From positions 928,001 through 992,000 of the forward strand of contig OZ242184.1 in assembly GCA_965205855.1 (NCBI GenBank): DNA of 64,000 nucleotides. The letters are read 5' to 3'. Shown one piece after another: positions 10,463-19,999 of this stretch. The notes under the pieces were generated by a model. That model was not told the DNA's origin. It searched no databases and was given only the letters and a program-made list of their open reading frames with translations. Each line of letters begins with the position of its first letter. Position 1 is the first letter of the stretch. A program made the translations under genes and the position numbers. This stretch comes from Thermodesulfobacteriota bacterium. GTDB lineage: Bacteria > Desulfobacterota_D > UBA1144 > Nemesobacterales > Mycalebacteriaceae.

Positions 10463-10619
10463 CCTAATTATCACTTAAACTAAGCAGAGTTTCAAGATAT
10501 TTTCCGGCATCGGCGGCGTTTTGAGCGCTGCATAAGCAAGTCTCGGTATTAACTCGCACAAATCAAAGCGACGATTGAAACGATACTGAAATTCTGACAA
10601 ATAACGCTGTGCGTATTTT
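10463..10619 (-). mobile_element. IS1595-family remnant (transposase C-terminus plus terminal repeat)
   Basis: Minus-strand translation KYAQRYLSEFQYRFNRRFDLCELIPRLAYAALKTPPMPE, followed by TAAGTGATAATTAGG end sequence. Confidence 0.75.
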
Positions 10620-10651
10620 TCAGTTTGATATTGGCTTTGAAAATACCCGAT

Positions 10652-11233
10652 TTACTCCCCCAACCTAAAACCCTCAACCTCCCGATGCACCGCCCCTTCT
10701 CGTCTCAATTCACTCTCCATCAAACAAACCCTGTCAGAAACAAACTCAAGTTTAAACTGCGGCAATTCGGGCAGTTTTATCCTTTTTCTTATCCGCCCTA
10801 TCGTAATGTGTGGTATAAAATCCCGTTTCTCCGGCTCAAAACCGATTGTCTCAAGTTTTGAGTCAATCTCGTCCTTGAGACTGAAAAACGCGTCCCCGGA
10901 TTCCGCAATCACCGCAAGCGTCTGCGTATAACGGCGGAGTATAAGCGCCTCAACCCCGTCCGTTGTGATGTCGAGCGGCACAAACCGCTTGCAACAACTT
11001 TCAATAACCCCGCACAGTTCGGGAATCAATTCGCGGCGCGTCTCTCCGAGAAACCTTAAAGTAATATGGAATTTTTCAGACAGCTCCCAACGCACATGGC
11101 GGAGCGAGCGTATTGCGGCGGAACGGGATTTTATCACCCTTTTTGCTTTTTCGGGAACTTCAAGAGAAATAAAAAGCCGGACGGTAGCGCTGTCAACTCT
11201 CAAGCTCAACATTCCAGTATGAGGCATCAACAA
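10652..11233 (-). CDS. thpR: RNA 2',3'-cyclic phosphodiesterase (2H family); true start probably 11203-11212
   Basis: RLFISL, two HxT motifs FHITLRFLG and PHITIGR, LMESEL. Confidence 0.9.
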   Translation of the reverse strand: MLMPHTGMLSLRVDSATVRLFISLEVPEKAKRVIKSRSAAIRSLRHVRWELSEKFHITLRFLGETRRELIPELCGVIESCCKRFVPLDITTDGVEALILRRYTQTLAVIAESGDAFFSLKDEIDSKLETIGFEPEKRDFIPHITIGRIRKRIKLPELPQFKLEFVSDRVCLMESELRREGAVHREVEGFRLGE

Positions 11234-11801
11234 AACTTACAAACGGCTCCCATTCTTTGTAGCGGATTGGGTGCGCGTAAATGTTTGCAAACGGTCCCCA
11301 CTGCGGTTCGGAGGGAATTGTGAGCAATTTCATCCTTGCCTGTTCGGGAGTTCTACCGCCTTTTCTGCGGTTGCACGAGCCGCAGGAGCAGACAACATTG
11401 TCCCATCTGCTTTCTCCGCCGTGCGCGCGCGGAATAACATGGTCTATCGTAAGCTCGGTTTTGGAAAAATGCTTTCCGCAGTATTGGCATTTACCGCTGT
11501 CTCTGCGGAATATGTTGAAGCGCGTAAATCTCGGACGCTTTCTGTGAAATCCGCTGTAACGGAGCAGGATTATAACCCTCGGCGCTTTGATGATCCTTGT
11601 AACGGTTCTCACATAGTCGCCACGCCCTCCGGCGGCAGAGGCGGCGGAAACCTCCGCCCAACTCTCAAAATCAAAAGTCTCGTAGGTTTTTGTTACGGCT
11701 TTCGCCTCGCCGCAATAGAGCATCACAAATGCCCGTCGCAAATTGGTAACGGAAACGGGCATATAGTTTTTGTTCAAAACCAGAACCGGCGAACTCAACA
11801 T
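11193..11801 (-). CDS. HNH endonuclease (McrA-like)
   Basis: VLVLNKNY, NIFRRDSGKCQYCG..TIDHVIPRAHGG..WDNVVCSCGSCNRRKGGRTP. Confidence 0.9.
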   Translation of the reverse strand: MLSSPVLVLNKNYMPVSVTNLRRAFVMLYCGEAKAVTKTYETFDFESWAEVSAASAAGGRGDYVRTVTRIIKAPRVIILLRYSGFHRKRPRFTRFNIFRRDSGKCQYCGKHFSKTELTIDHVIPRAHGGESRWDNVVCSCGSCNRRKGGRTPEQARMKLLTIPSEPQWGPFANIYAHPIRYKEWEPFVSFVDASYWNVELES

Positions 11802-12037
11802 ATCCCGATATTTTACAGTCGGAAACGGACTATTTCAAAAAAAAACCGGCCGCTGTTGAAAAAAAGTCTGAAAAGATATAAATAGAACAAAGGCGTTTGC
11901 CGGTTATGGATATTACAGCAAATATTGTTTTTCTTGTTAACTTTCTGCTCTGCGCGGGCTTTTTCTCCCTGCTGTTTGCGCTTTCGAGAACAAACGCGCG
12001 CGCGGAAAAAGCCGCCCAAGAGAAACGGCACGGTTAG

Positions 12038-12802
12038 ATGTATCCGGATCTTTTCAAAGCCGGAGACTTTACGGTCGGCTCATTCGGCGTTCTTGTCGCT
12101 CTGGCGTTTCTTGTCGCCTACATCGTTGCGGCGGGAGAGTTGAAAAGAAAAGGCGCGCCGCCCTCCGCCGCTCAGGACATGTTTGTGTGGATTTCTTTGT
12201 GCTCAATAGTGGGAGCAAAACTGTTCTTTGTCACGGAAAATTTCACATTTGCAGAAATAATCTCAGACCCCGTTCCGGTTCTTTTTTCGCGCAACGGGCT
12301 GACTTTCTACGGCGGTCTGCTCGGCGGGATTGCGGGCGGGATATACGCCGCGCGTAAAAACGGCGTGCAGGTGCGAAAGGCGCTTGACGCTGTGGCTCCC
12401 GCGCTTGCAATCGGCTACGCGATTGGAAGAATCGGCTGCCTACTTGTTGGAGACGACTACGGAACGGCGTCCGACCTGCCGTGGGCAATGGCGTTTCCAA
12501 ACGGATATCCGCCCGTGGATTTTACCGTTCATCCGACCCAGATATACGAATCGGTTTTAATGTTCGCGGTGTTCGCCCTGCTGTGGAGAATCAGGAAAAC
12601 CGCCATGCCCGACGGACGCCTGTTCGCGCTTTATCTCGCGCTTGCGGGCACAGAGCGGTTTCTCGTTGAGTTTATAAGAACAACCACCCAAAGCGGATTT
12701 GCCGGACTTTCAGTCGCGCAAGTCATTGCCCTTGCGTCAGTAACAATCGGATGTGTGTGGCTTGTCGTTTCCCGCCCATCGGGTTCGCGCCACGAACTAT
12801 AA
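12038..12802 (+). CDS. lgt: Prolipoprotein diacylglyceryl transferase
   Basis: GLTFYGGLLGG, IGRIGCLL.GDDYG, HPTQIYE, RFLVEFIR. Confidence 0.95.
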   Translation: MYPDLFKAGDFTVGSFGVLVALAFLVAYIVAAGELKRKGAPPSAAQDMFVWISLCSIVGAKLFFVTENFTFAEIISDPVPVLFSRNGLTFYGGLLGGIAGGIYAARKNGVQVRKALDAVAPALAIGYAIGRIGCLLVGDDYGTASDLPWAMAFPNGYPPVDFTVHPTQIYESVLMFAVFALLWRIRKTAMPDGRLFALYLALAGTERFLVEFIRTTTQSGFAGLSVAQVIALASVTIGCVWLVVSRPSGSRHEL

Positions 12803-13882
12803 AACAGCCGGAACAATGTCGCGTAAACAGGCCTCAAACTCACGGTTTTCTTCCGCAAGTCCGACCGTAACCCTGAGACAGTCCTCGACACCGCCACCGG
12901 AAAAATTGCGCACAAGAACGCTTTTTTCAACAAGCGCCCGGTAAACCCTGTCCGCCGCCGCCACGTCCGGGAAACGGATAAGAAGAAAATTGGAATCACT
13001 CCGATAAACGGTAACGCCTTCAACGGCAGAGAGAGATTTGAATATTTTTGCACGCTCCGCCGCGACGGTTTTCACGTTTTCCTCAAACATCGCGCGGTTT
13101 TCAAAAAAGAACATGACCGCCGCCTGCGTGAGCGAGTTTATGTTATACGGAAGCCTGACTTTTGACAGTTGCGCGGAAAGTTCGGGACGCATAAACAAAA
13201 CTCCAAGCCGGAGAGCGGCGAATCCGATTTTGGAGAATGTGCGCATAACGGCAAGGTTCTCGTATTTTTCCATAAGCGGTGTGTTGTCCGCGCCGCAGAA
13301 CGCGCCGTATGCCTCATCCACAACAACAACCCCCGGAGCGTTTTTTATGACCGATTCCACCCTTCGGGGCGACAGCAAATTTCCGGTCGGGCTGTTGGGT
13401 GAGGCGAGAAACACAATGTCGGGGTCGCATTTCTCAATAGCGTGTTGCATAGCAGCTTCTTCAAGGTCAAACTCCGGGTCAAGGTTTTCAGAAACAACCT
13501 TTCTGCCAAGAGCCGCCGCCGTGAGCGCATACATTGAAAATGTCGGAGACGGAACAAGCACGGTTTGAGAACCACCGCAAAAAGCCTCCACGGCCATCTG
13601 TATCAACTCATCCGAGCCATTGCCGAAAACAATGCCGTCCGGACAAACTCCGCTCCATTGCGACACCGCCTCTCTGAGACGCGAGCAGTCCGGGTCGGGA
13701 TAACGGTTGAGCGGAACGCTCGAAAGGTTTTTCAGAATCTCGCCGCGCTCTCCCACGGAAAGCGGAAAAGGGCTTTCGTTGCCATCAAGCCGTATCCGGC
13801 ACTGCGGTCTTGAGGAGTCGTAAGCCGAAAGGTCGCGCACGGAGCCGCGAACCCTGTGCAGAAGTTGTTCAACGCCCGCCAT
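12797..13882 (-). CDS. hisC: Histidinol-phosphate aminotransferase
   Basis: LDGNESP, NRYPD, GNGSDELI, VDEAY, RTFSK; follows hisD. Confidence 0.95.
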   Translation of the reverse strand: MAGVEQLLHRVRGSVRDLSAYDSSRPQCRIRLDGNESPFPLSVGERGEILKNLSSVPLNRYPDPDCSRLREAVSQWSGVCPDGIVFGNGSDELIQMAVEAFCGGSQTVLVPSPTFSMYALTAAALGRKVVSENLDPEFDLEEAAMQHAIEKCDPDIVFLASPNSPTGNLLSPRRVESVIKNAPGVVVVDEAYGAFCGADNTPLMEKYENLAVMRTFSKIGFAALRLGVLFMRPELSAQLSKVRLPYNINSLTQAAVMFFFENRAMFEENVKTVAAERAKIFKSLSAVEGVTVYRSDSNFLLIRFPDVAAADRVYRALVEKSVLVRNFSGGGVEDCLRVTVGLAEENREFEACLRDIVPAVL

Positions 13883-15176
13883 TTGAGAAGTTTTTCTTCC
13901 TTGTGGTTACGGAAAGAGCGTGAGCGGAAAGCCCTTCGGCGAGGGCGAGGTTGACCACTGTGTCCGAGAGGTTTTCAAACCCTTTTTCCGTAAGTTCGGC
14001 GACACTCGGTGTTTTCACAAAATCCGCGGCGGAAAGAGGCGAAGAGAACCGCGCCGCGCCGCCCGTAGGTAGCACGTGGCTTGAGCCGCAAACATAGTCG
14101 CCAAACGCCTCGGTGGTGTTTTTCCCCATAAAAATGGCGCCGGCGTGCCGTATCAGAGGCAGAACCGAACGCGGAGATTTAACGCAAAGCTCAAGATGTT
14201 CGGGAGCGACCGCGTTTGCGATACGTGCGGCCAGATTGATGTTTCTCACAACAAAGATTCTTCCGTTGTTTCGTATCGCCGCAAGAGCGATGGCGCTTCT
14301 TTCAATCCCGTGCGCCATTTCGTAAAGCGCGGATTTAACCTTGGCGGCGTGGGACGCAGAGGTTGTAACAAGGGTCGGGGTCGCCATTTCATCATGCTCG
14401 GCTTGGGCGAGCAAATCCGCGGCAATCCACCGCGCGGGACATGAACCGTCTGAGATAACAAGCACCTCGCTGGGCCCGGCCATCATGTCTATGTCTGTTT
14501 CGCCGTAGACGAGTTTCTTCGCAATCGTAACATAGATGTTTCCTGGACCGACAATCTTGTCCGCACGGGGAACCAAGCGTGTTCCAAAAGCGAGCGCGGA
14601 GATTGCCTGAGCGCCTCCGATTTTGAAAATACGGTCAACACCCGCAATACCTGCCGCGGCAATCGTTTCGGGATTTAACTCCCCCCCGCGGCACGGTGTC
14701 GCCATGACTATTTCACGAACTCCGGCGACCTTTGCCGGAACAGCCGTCATGAGAACGGTTGAGGGATACGCCGCTTTTCCTCCGGGAATATATATCCCGA
14801 CTCTGTCAAGCGGCCGGACAACCCAGCCCAGTTTGTTCCCGTATTTGTCCCTGTGCTCATGAGAGCGCGGCAGTTTTTTTTTCTGGTATTCCGCTATGCG
14901 GCGGCGCGCGGTTTTCAAATCCCTTATGACGGATTTTGCAACCTTTGCAGTCGCCATCTTCGCTTCGTCCGGCGAGACCTCAACCGTCCGGGAGTTTACG
15001 ACCGTGCCGTCAAATTTTTTTGTAAGCGAAAAAAGAGCCCGGTCGCCTCCGGTTCTTACGAGTTCAACAATCTTCGCAACAGAGGCAACCTCCCGCGTAC
15101 TGAACGGAGAAGCCGTCTTGCGTATCCGGGCAATCTGTTTCTCAATGTTGGAGAAATCTATTTTGACAGTTTTCAT
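13869..15176 (-). CDS. hisD: Histidinol dehydrogenase
   Basis: YIPGGKAAYPSTVLM, GPGNIYV, AGPSEV, QAEHD, APEHLEL. Confidence 0.97.
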   Translation of the reverse strand: MKTVKIDFSNIEKQIARIRKTASPFSTREVASVAKIVELVRTGGDRALFSLTKKFDGTVVNSRTVEVSPDEAKMATAKVAKSVIRDLKTARRRIAEYQKKKLPRSHEHRDKYGNKLGWVVRPLDRVGIYIPGGKAAYPSTVLMTAVPAKVAGVREIVMATPCRGGELNPETIAAAGIAGVDRIFKIGGAQAISALAFGTRLVPRADKIVGPGNIYVTIAKKLVYGETDIDMMAGPSEVLVISDGSCPARWIAADLLAQAEHDEMATPTLVTTSASHAAKVKSALYEMAHGIERSAIALAAIRNNGRIFVVRNINLAARIANAVAPEHLELCVKSPRSVLPLIRHAGAIFMGKNTTEAFGDYVCGSSHVLPTGGAARFSSPLSAADFVKTPSVAELTEKGFENLSDTVVNLALAEGLSAHALSVTTRKKNFSNGGR

Positions 15177-15188
15177 ATCCGCGCCGCA

Positions 15189-15476
15189 TCATTCTCCGGT
15201 GTGAGCACCCTCCCCGAATCCGCTCTCCACAAAGCCGGATATCTGCTCGGAGGCTTCCTGAGCATCGCCGCCCGAAACCCTGATATCAATCTCCGTGCCT
15301 CTTGTGGCGCCGAGGGAAAGAATTCCGAGAATGCTTTTGCCGTCCACTTCGTATCCGTTTTTAATTATCTTCACATCCGATGAAAATCTGCTTGAAAGTT
15401 TGACAAAACCCGCCGCCGCTCGCGCGTGCAAACCGAGGGTGTTGACAATTGTGAGGGTTTTGTTTATTGAATCCAC
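15189..15476 (-). CDS. ptsH: Phosphocarrier protein HPr
   Basis: GLHARAA (His15) and VDGKSILG (Ser46); GTG start after AGAGG. Confidence 0.93.
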   Translation of the reverse strand: MDSINKTLTIVNTLGLHARAAAGFVKLSSRFSSDVKIIKNGYEVDGKSILGILSLGATRGTEIDIRVSGGDAQEASEQISGFVESGFGEGAHTGE

Positions 15477-15561
15477 TACTGTTGCCTCTGTAAAAATACG
15501 ATGACGGATTATACACAATTATACGGCAAGCATTAAAAACCGTGGCACGGCAAGTTACAAT

Positions 15562-16647
15562 GTGAGCAGTATGAGCATCAAAGAAATATGTGGCAAGGTA
15601 ATGGACTGCGAAAGACTGCGCGGCGATGACGGACTTGAACTCCTGCGCGGTGCGACCCTGACGCAACTCGGTGGCCTTGCGTCTTTTTGCAGACAGAGGT
15701 GCAACCCCGGCAAAACCGTAACCTTCATCTGCGACACAAACCCGAACTATACAAATGTGTGCGACACAGAATGCCTTTTCTGCGCCTTCTGGAGACCCGC
15801 GGATGCGTCGGACGCCTACACTCTTTCAGTGGACAGGCTCATTGAGATGATGAAAACATCTTATCACAACGGAGCCACAACGGTTTTGCTTCAGGGCGGT
15901 CACAATCCCGATATCGGAATTGAGTATTACGAGAAAATTGTGAGGCGCGCGAGAGAGGAAATTCCCGGTCTTCATCTTCACGCCTTTTCCGCGCCGGAAA
16001 TAGCGGCAATCGCGAAATACGAGGGCATCAATACGCGGGATGTGCTGTGGAGACTCTGGAATGCCGGACTCAGAACAATCCCCGGCGGTGGCGCGGAGAT
16101 ACTTTCCAACAGAGTGAGAAAAAAAATCAGCCCGCTCAAGATAGATGCGGACAAGTGGATTGGAATTACAAAAGAGGCACATGAAACCGGATTCAAAACC
16201 ACCGCGACAATGATGTTCGGTCATTTAGAGCGGGACGAAGACATTGTGGAGCATCTCACGAGGGTGCGCGATTTGCAGGATGAAACGGGCGGTTTTCTCG
16301 CTTTTATACCCTGGATATTCAAGCCTTCCAACACCTTCCTTGAGCGCAAAATTTCCGCCGAAATAGGCGGGGAACGCTATTTACGTGTGCTTGCGGTGTG
16401 CCGAATCTTCCTTGACAACTTCAGATTTATTCAGGGCTCGTGGTTCACTCAGGGGTTTAAAATCGGGTCTGCGTCAATGAATTTCGGCGCGGACGACCTT
16501 GGGGGAACATTGTATGAGGAAAACGTGCTCAGATGCGCGGAGAACAGAATAAAGGCGAGTGCCGGAGAGATTTCCGGAATGATAGAGCGCGCGGGCTTCA
16601 AGCCGGCGCGGAGAAACACTTTTTATGAAATCATACCCAAACCCTGA
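15562..16647 (+). CDS. mqnC: Cyclic dehypoxanthinyl futalosine synthase (radical SAM, menaquinone futalosine pathway)
   Basis: NYTNVCDTECLFCAF, LQGGHNP, IPGGGAEIL, TATMMFGH, FGADDLGGT. Confidence 0.85.
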   Translation: MSSMSIKEICGKVMDCERLRGDDGLELLRGATLTQLGGLASFCRQRCNPGKTVTFICDTNPNYTNVCDTECLFCAFWRPADASDAYTLSVDRLIEMMKTSYHNGATTVLLQGGHNPDIGIEYYEKIVRRAREEIPGLHLHAFSAPEIAAIAKYEGINTRDVLWRLWNAGLRTIPGGGAEILSNRVRKKISPLKIDADKWIGITKEAHETGFKTTATMMFGHLERDEDIVEHLTRVRDLQDETGGFLAFIPWIFKPSNTFLERKISAEIGGERYLRVLAVCRIFLDNFRFIQGSWFTQGFKIGSASMNFGADDLGGTLYEENVLRCAENRIKASAGEISGMIERAGFKPARRNTFYEIIPKP

Positions 16648-17390
16648 TGGCTGAGCGTATACAGAAACTGCTCGCGGGCGCCGGAGCGGGCTCGCGGAGA
16701 CAGGCGGAAAAGTTGATAAAATCCGGCGCGGTTTTTGTCAACGGAAAGATTTGCAAACTCGGAGACAAAGCGGAGCCGCATGACGCCATTACAATAGACG
16801 GAAGGGAAATTGATTGTAAAACAGACCCGTCCGAAAAACTCGTAATCGCATACAACAAGCCCGCCGGAAAAATCGTGAGCAGAAGCGACCCTCAAAACCG
16901 CCCCGTTGTTTTTGATGATTTGCCCCCGTTAAAGAAAGCCCGCTGGGTTTGTGCGGGGCGGCTGGACGTGAATACATCGGGGTTGCTGCTCTTCTGTTCG
17001 GACGGACTGCTTGCGCACAGGCTTGCTCATCCCTCAAGCGGAATTGAGCGCGAATATATGGCGCGTGTGCGCGGAAACACGGGTCCGGAAACGATTAATA
17101 AACTGCTCGCGGGCGTTGTTCTTGACGGCAAAAAGGGGCAGTTTGAAAAAATTACAGCAGTTGCCTCAAAGAACAAAAGCAACAAATGGTTCAAGATAAT
17201 TGTACAAGAGGGAAGAAACAGGTTTGTCAGAAGAATGTGGGAAAGTTGCGGGTGTTCGGTCAGTCGCTTGATAAGGGTCAGGTTCGCAACGGTGAGGCTT
17301 CCGAAAAAATTGCCCACGGGAGCGTCGGTATTTCTTGATGGGAAGGAAATCCGGAAGATTTATAAAGCCACGGGGGTTAATACGGGTTAG
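16647..17390 (+). CDS. rluB: rRNA pseudouridine synthase, RluB/RsuA family
   Basis: S4 domain ERIQKLLA..SRRQAE, NKPAG, GRLDVNTSGLLL, EGRNR. Confidence 0.85.
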   Translation: MAERIQKLLAGAGAGSRRQAEKLIKSGAVFVNGKICKLGDKAEPHDAITIDGREIDCKTDPSEKLVIAYNKPAGKIVSRSDPQNRPVVFDDLPPLKKARWVCAGRLDVNTSGLLLFCSDGLLAHRLAHPSSGIEREYMARVRGNTGPETINKLLAGVVLDGKKGQFEKITAVASKNKSNKWFKIIVQEGRNRFVRRMWESCGCSVSRLIRVRFATVRLPKKLPTGASVFLDGKEIRKIYKATGVNTG

Positions 17391-17417
17391 GCAATTTGCG
17401 TGCCGTCGCGGGTGGAA

Positions 17418-17984
17418 TCACTTCACCCTTTCAACATAACTTCCGTCCCTTGTATCAACCCTTATGATATCCCCAGGGTTGACAAAAAGCGGGACGTTAA
17501 CCTTCGCTCCGGTCTCAAGAGTCGCGGGCTTTGTCGCGGACGCGGCGGTGTCTCCCTTCACTCCCGGTTCCGCCTCGGTAACTTTCAATTCCACAACCGC
17601 CTTGGGAAACTCAACTCCACGCGGCTCCCCGTTGATGAAGTTGACCTGGACCTCCTGGTGCTCGCTGATAAAATCCGCCATGCTCCCAACCTGAGCGGCC
17701 GAAAGCTCCCATTGGTCAAACTTCTCGCTGTCCATAAAATGGTAGGAAGAACCGTCCGAATACAGAAACTGCATTGCCGTTTTTTTTATGTCAGGAGTAT
17801 CAAATTTGTCTCCCGAACGGAATTTTTTTTCCTGTACCGCTCCCGTAACTATGTTGCGCACCTTTACCGTTACGATGGGACTACGTTGAGCCATCTTTGA
17901 GTGCTGATACTCAATGATCTCCCAAATCCCGTCATCGGTCTGTATTTTCATTCCTCTGTGAAAATCGTTTGTTTCAACAACCAT
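17418..17984 (-). CDS. efp: Elongation factor P (non-canonical loop)
   Basis: MQFLYSDG, PGVKGDTA..KPATLETGAKVNVPLFV..IRVDTRDGSYVER; start reassigned to MVVETNDF. Confidence 0.95.
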   Translation of the reverse strand: MVVETNDFHRGMKIQTDDGIWEIIEYQHSKMAQRSPIVTVKVRNIVTGAVQEKKFRSGDKFDTPDIKKTAMQFLYSDGSSYHFMDSEKFDQWELSAAQVGSMADFISEHQEVQVNFINGEPRGVEFPKAVVELKVTEAEPGVKGDTAASATKPATLETGAKVNVPLFVNPGDIIRVDTRDGSYVERVK

Positions 17985-18006
17985 TTTATTCTCCGGACAA
18001 GTGAGA

Positions 18007-19809
18007 TTACTTTCTCTTGAACATCTTCTCAAGACTGCCGTAAGTAATTCTTACCGCGACCGGCCTGCCGTGCGGACAGAAATGGGGAGACTCGCATTTG
18101 TCCATATCGGAGAAAAAAGTATTTAACTCCTCCTCCGCCGTTATGTATCCGGCACGGATGGACCGGTGACACGCCATTGTGGCGAGAATGTGCTCGGTTT
18201 TTTCGTCAAGCTTGTTGGAAAGTTCCGGACAGTCGGCCTCTTTCAGTTCGGTAAAAATATCGATAAATAGGTTTCTACCACTTACGCACGGCAAAATGGC
18301 GGGAAGCGCACCAAGTCTGATGGCATCTTCTCCAAACGCTTCTGCGCCAAACCCTATTCTGCTCATTTTCGGTTCAATCTCCGCAAACAGGATGATATCT
18401 TCGGGACGCATCTCTATAATCTCCGGTATGAGAAGCCTCTGAGCCTTCAAGCCGCCGTCGTTGAGGTAACTGTTTTTAAGCCGCTCAAAATTGACTCTCT
18501 CGTGCGCTGCATGTTGGTCAATCAGCACAAGTCCCTCTTTTGACTCACAGATAATGTAAAGCCCTGCTACCAGCCCGATACGGTTAAGTTGGGAGAAAAA
18601 ACCCCTCTCCGCAGGGGAAGAGATTCCTTGCGGATTGCCGGTTCGCGGTGGCTCCTCCAAAGCTGTGAAATCCAAATCGGGGGCTTTGTTTACCGGTGGC
18701 TTTCCGTAAACCTGAGCACCGATAGACTGCCGTGCCGCGCGGGAGCCGGAACCGTACCGTTCGGATTCGGGGGTCTCTCTCATCGGAGATGTTTGCCGGG
18801 GAGCGGACGGTTCCGGATAACCGGTAATCCACGGAGCGGATGAAAGGAAAGCCTCCACCGCCGCGCGAACTGACGCGGCAACCGCGGCGGGAGACTTGAA
18901 ACGAACCTCGTGTTTTGTGGGATGCACATTGACATCAACCTCCTCCGACGACAGGTTGATAAAAAGCGCCCCTTGCGGATAACGCCCCCTTTCAAATGTG
19001 CGCCCGAAGGCGCCTATCACAACCTTGTTGACAAACCTGTCCCGCACATACCTGCCGTTAACATAGCAGTAAAAATGCGTCATTGAGGAAAATCCGTCCA
19101 AAGGGGAACAGAGAAATCCCTTTATTTCAACTGCGCCGCCCGTGGCTTCAATCTCATACGGCTTTATCTTTCCGAGCACATCCCCGACTCTGCGCTCAAG
19201 GTCGCCCGGAGAAAAACTGAAAATGCTTTTGCCGTTGTGCAGAACCTCAAAGCCAACTTCGGGATTTGCCAGCGCGATGGAACGGATAACTCCGGCGCAC
19301 CTTGAAAGCTCGGTTTCATTTGTTTTCAGAAATTTGAGACGCGGACGCGTGTTGAAGAAAAGAGAGCGCGCCTCAACGGTTGTTCCTGCGGGACAGCCCG
19401 TGTCCTTCACACCGCCTGATCTTCCGCCCTCCACAACTATAAGGGTTCCGGTGTCGCAATCGCGCGGGCGTGTCTCAAGAGAGAATCTGGACACAGCGGC
19501 AATGGAGGCAAGCGCCTCTCCCCTGAACCCAAAGGTGGACACAGAGGCAAGCTCCTTTTCGTTCTTTATCTTGCTTGTGGTATGCCGTTCAACGCTCAAC
19601 ACAGCATCTTCGCGCGACATTCCGCAACCGTCATCGGCAACCCTTACAAGGCGTTTTCCACCCGAATCAAGCTCAACCGAAATCCTTTTCGCTCCCGCAT
19701 CAACGGAGTTCTCAAGAAACTCTTTGAGAACCGACGCGGGTCTTTCAATTACTTCTCCGGCAGATATTTTGGAAATAAGGATATCGTCAAGTTTTTGAAT
19801 GTGGTTCAT
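18007..19809 (-). CDS. mutL: DNA mismatch repair endonuclease MutL
   Basis: AGEVIERPASVLKE, GFRGEALASI, DVNVHPTK, DQHAAHER, CPHGRP. Confidence 0.97.
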   Translation of the reverse strand: MNHIQKLDDILISKISAGEVIERPASVLKEFLENSVDAGAKRISVELDSGGKRLVRVADDGCGMSREDAVLSVERHTTSKIKNEKELASVSTFGFRGEALASIAAVSRFSLETRPRDCDTGTLIVVEGGRSGGVKDTGCPAGTTVEARSLFFNTRPRLKFLKTNETELSRCAGVIRSIALANPEVGFEVLHNGKSIFSFSPGDLERRVGDVLGKIKPYEIEATGGAVEIKGFLCSPLDGFSSMTHFYCYVNGRYVRDRFVNKVVIGAFGRTFERGRYPQGALFINLSSEEVDVNVHPTKHEVRFKSPAAVAASVRAAVEAFLSSAPWITGYPEPSAPRQTSPMRETPESERYGSGSRAARQSIGAQVYGKPPVNKAPDLDFTALEEPPRTGNPQGISSPAERGFFSQLNRIGLVAGLYIICESKEGLVLIDQHAAHERVNFERLKNSYLNDGGLKAQRLLIPEIIEMRPEDIILFAEIEPKMSRIGFGAEAFGEDAIRLGALPAILPCVSGRNLFIDIFTELKEADCPELSNKLDEKTEHILATMACHRSIRAGYITAEEELNTFFSDMDKCESPHFCPHGRPVAVRITYGSLEKMFKRK

Positions 19810-19813
19810 AAAT

Positions 19814-19999
19814 TCAGAACGCCCCGGATACCCTCAAAACTGCTATGATCGCAATCACAGCAACGGGAACAACAACGGCGGCAAAAGCGAAAAGTACATA
19901 GAAAAAAAGAGCGCGGGAAGCATTTTTGCCGTAAACATCACCGGACTGCTCTTTTAAGGAAGCAAATAGCGACAGAAAAAATCCGCCGTCCGAGCTCAT
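19814..19999 (-). CDS. Small membrane protein, hypothetical
   Basis: 61-aa ORF coupled by ATGA to the upstream gene; one hydrophobic segment. Confidence 0.5.
   Translation of the reverse strand: MSSDGGFFLSLFASLKEQSGDVYGKNASRALFFYVLFAFAAVVVPVAVIAIIAVLRVSGAF

Noticed and set aside
9697-10827. Diversity-generating retroelement TR/VR pair (thpR end versus diverged copy)
   Set aside because: Only 8 of 18 mismatches are at adenines of the intact copy, mostly transitions in both directions, and there is no reverse transcriptase in the window. This is ordinary allelic divergence.
6854-10827. CRISPR array or prophage att sites
   Set aside because: The repeats are 164-230 bp coding-derived segments with kb-scale spacing; no cas, integrase or phage structural genes are present.
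11193-11801. HNH gene as part of the defence island or a homing endonuclease
   Set aside because: Host-like composition, overlaps thpR as a core operon, and lies outside the repeat-bounded region; a link cannot be supported from sequence alone.
14874-14882. T9 run in hisD (and A9 at 61506-61514 in nnr) as slippage sites
   Set aside because: Both genes are full length and in frame, with no meaningful alternative-frame extension noticed.
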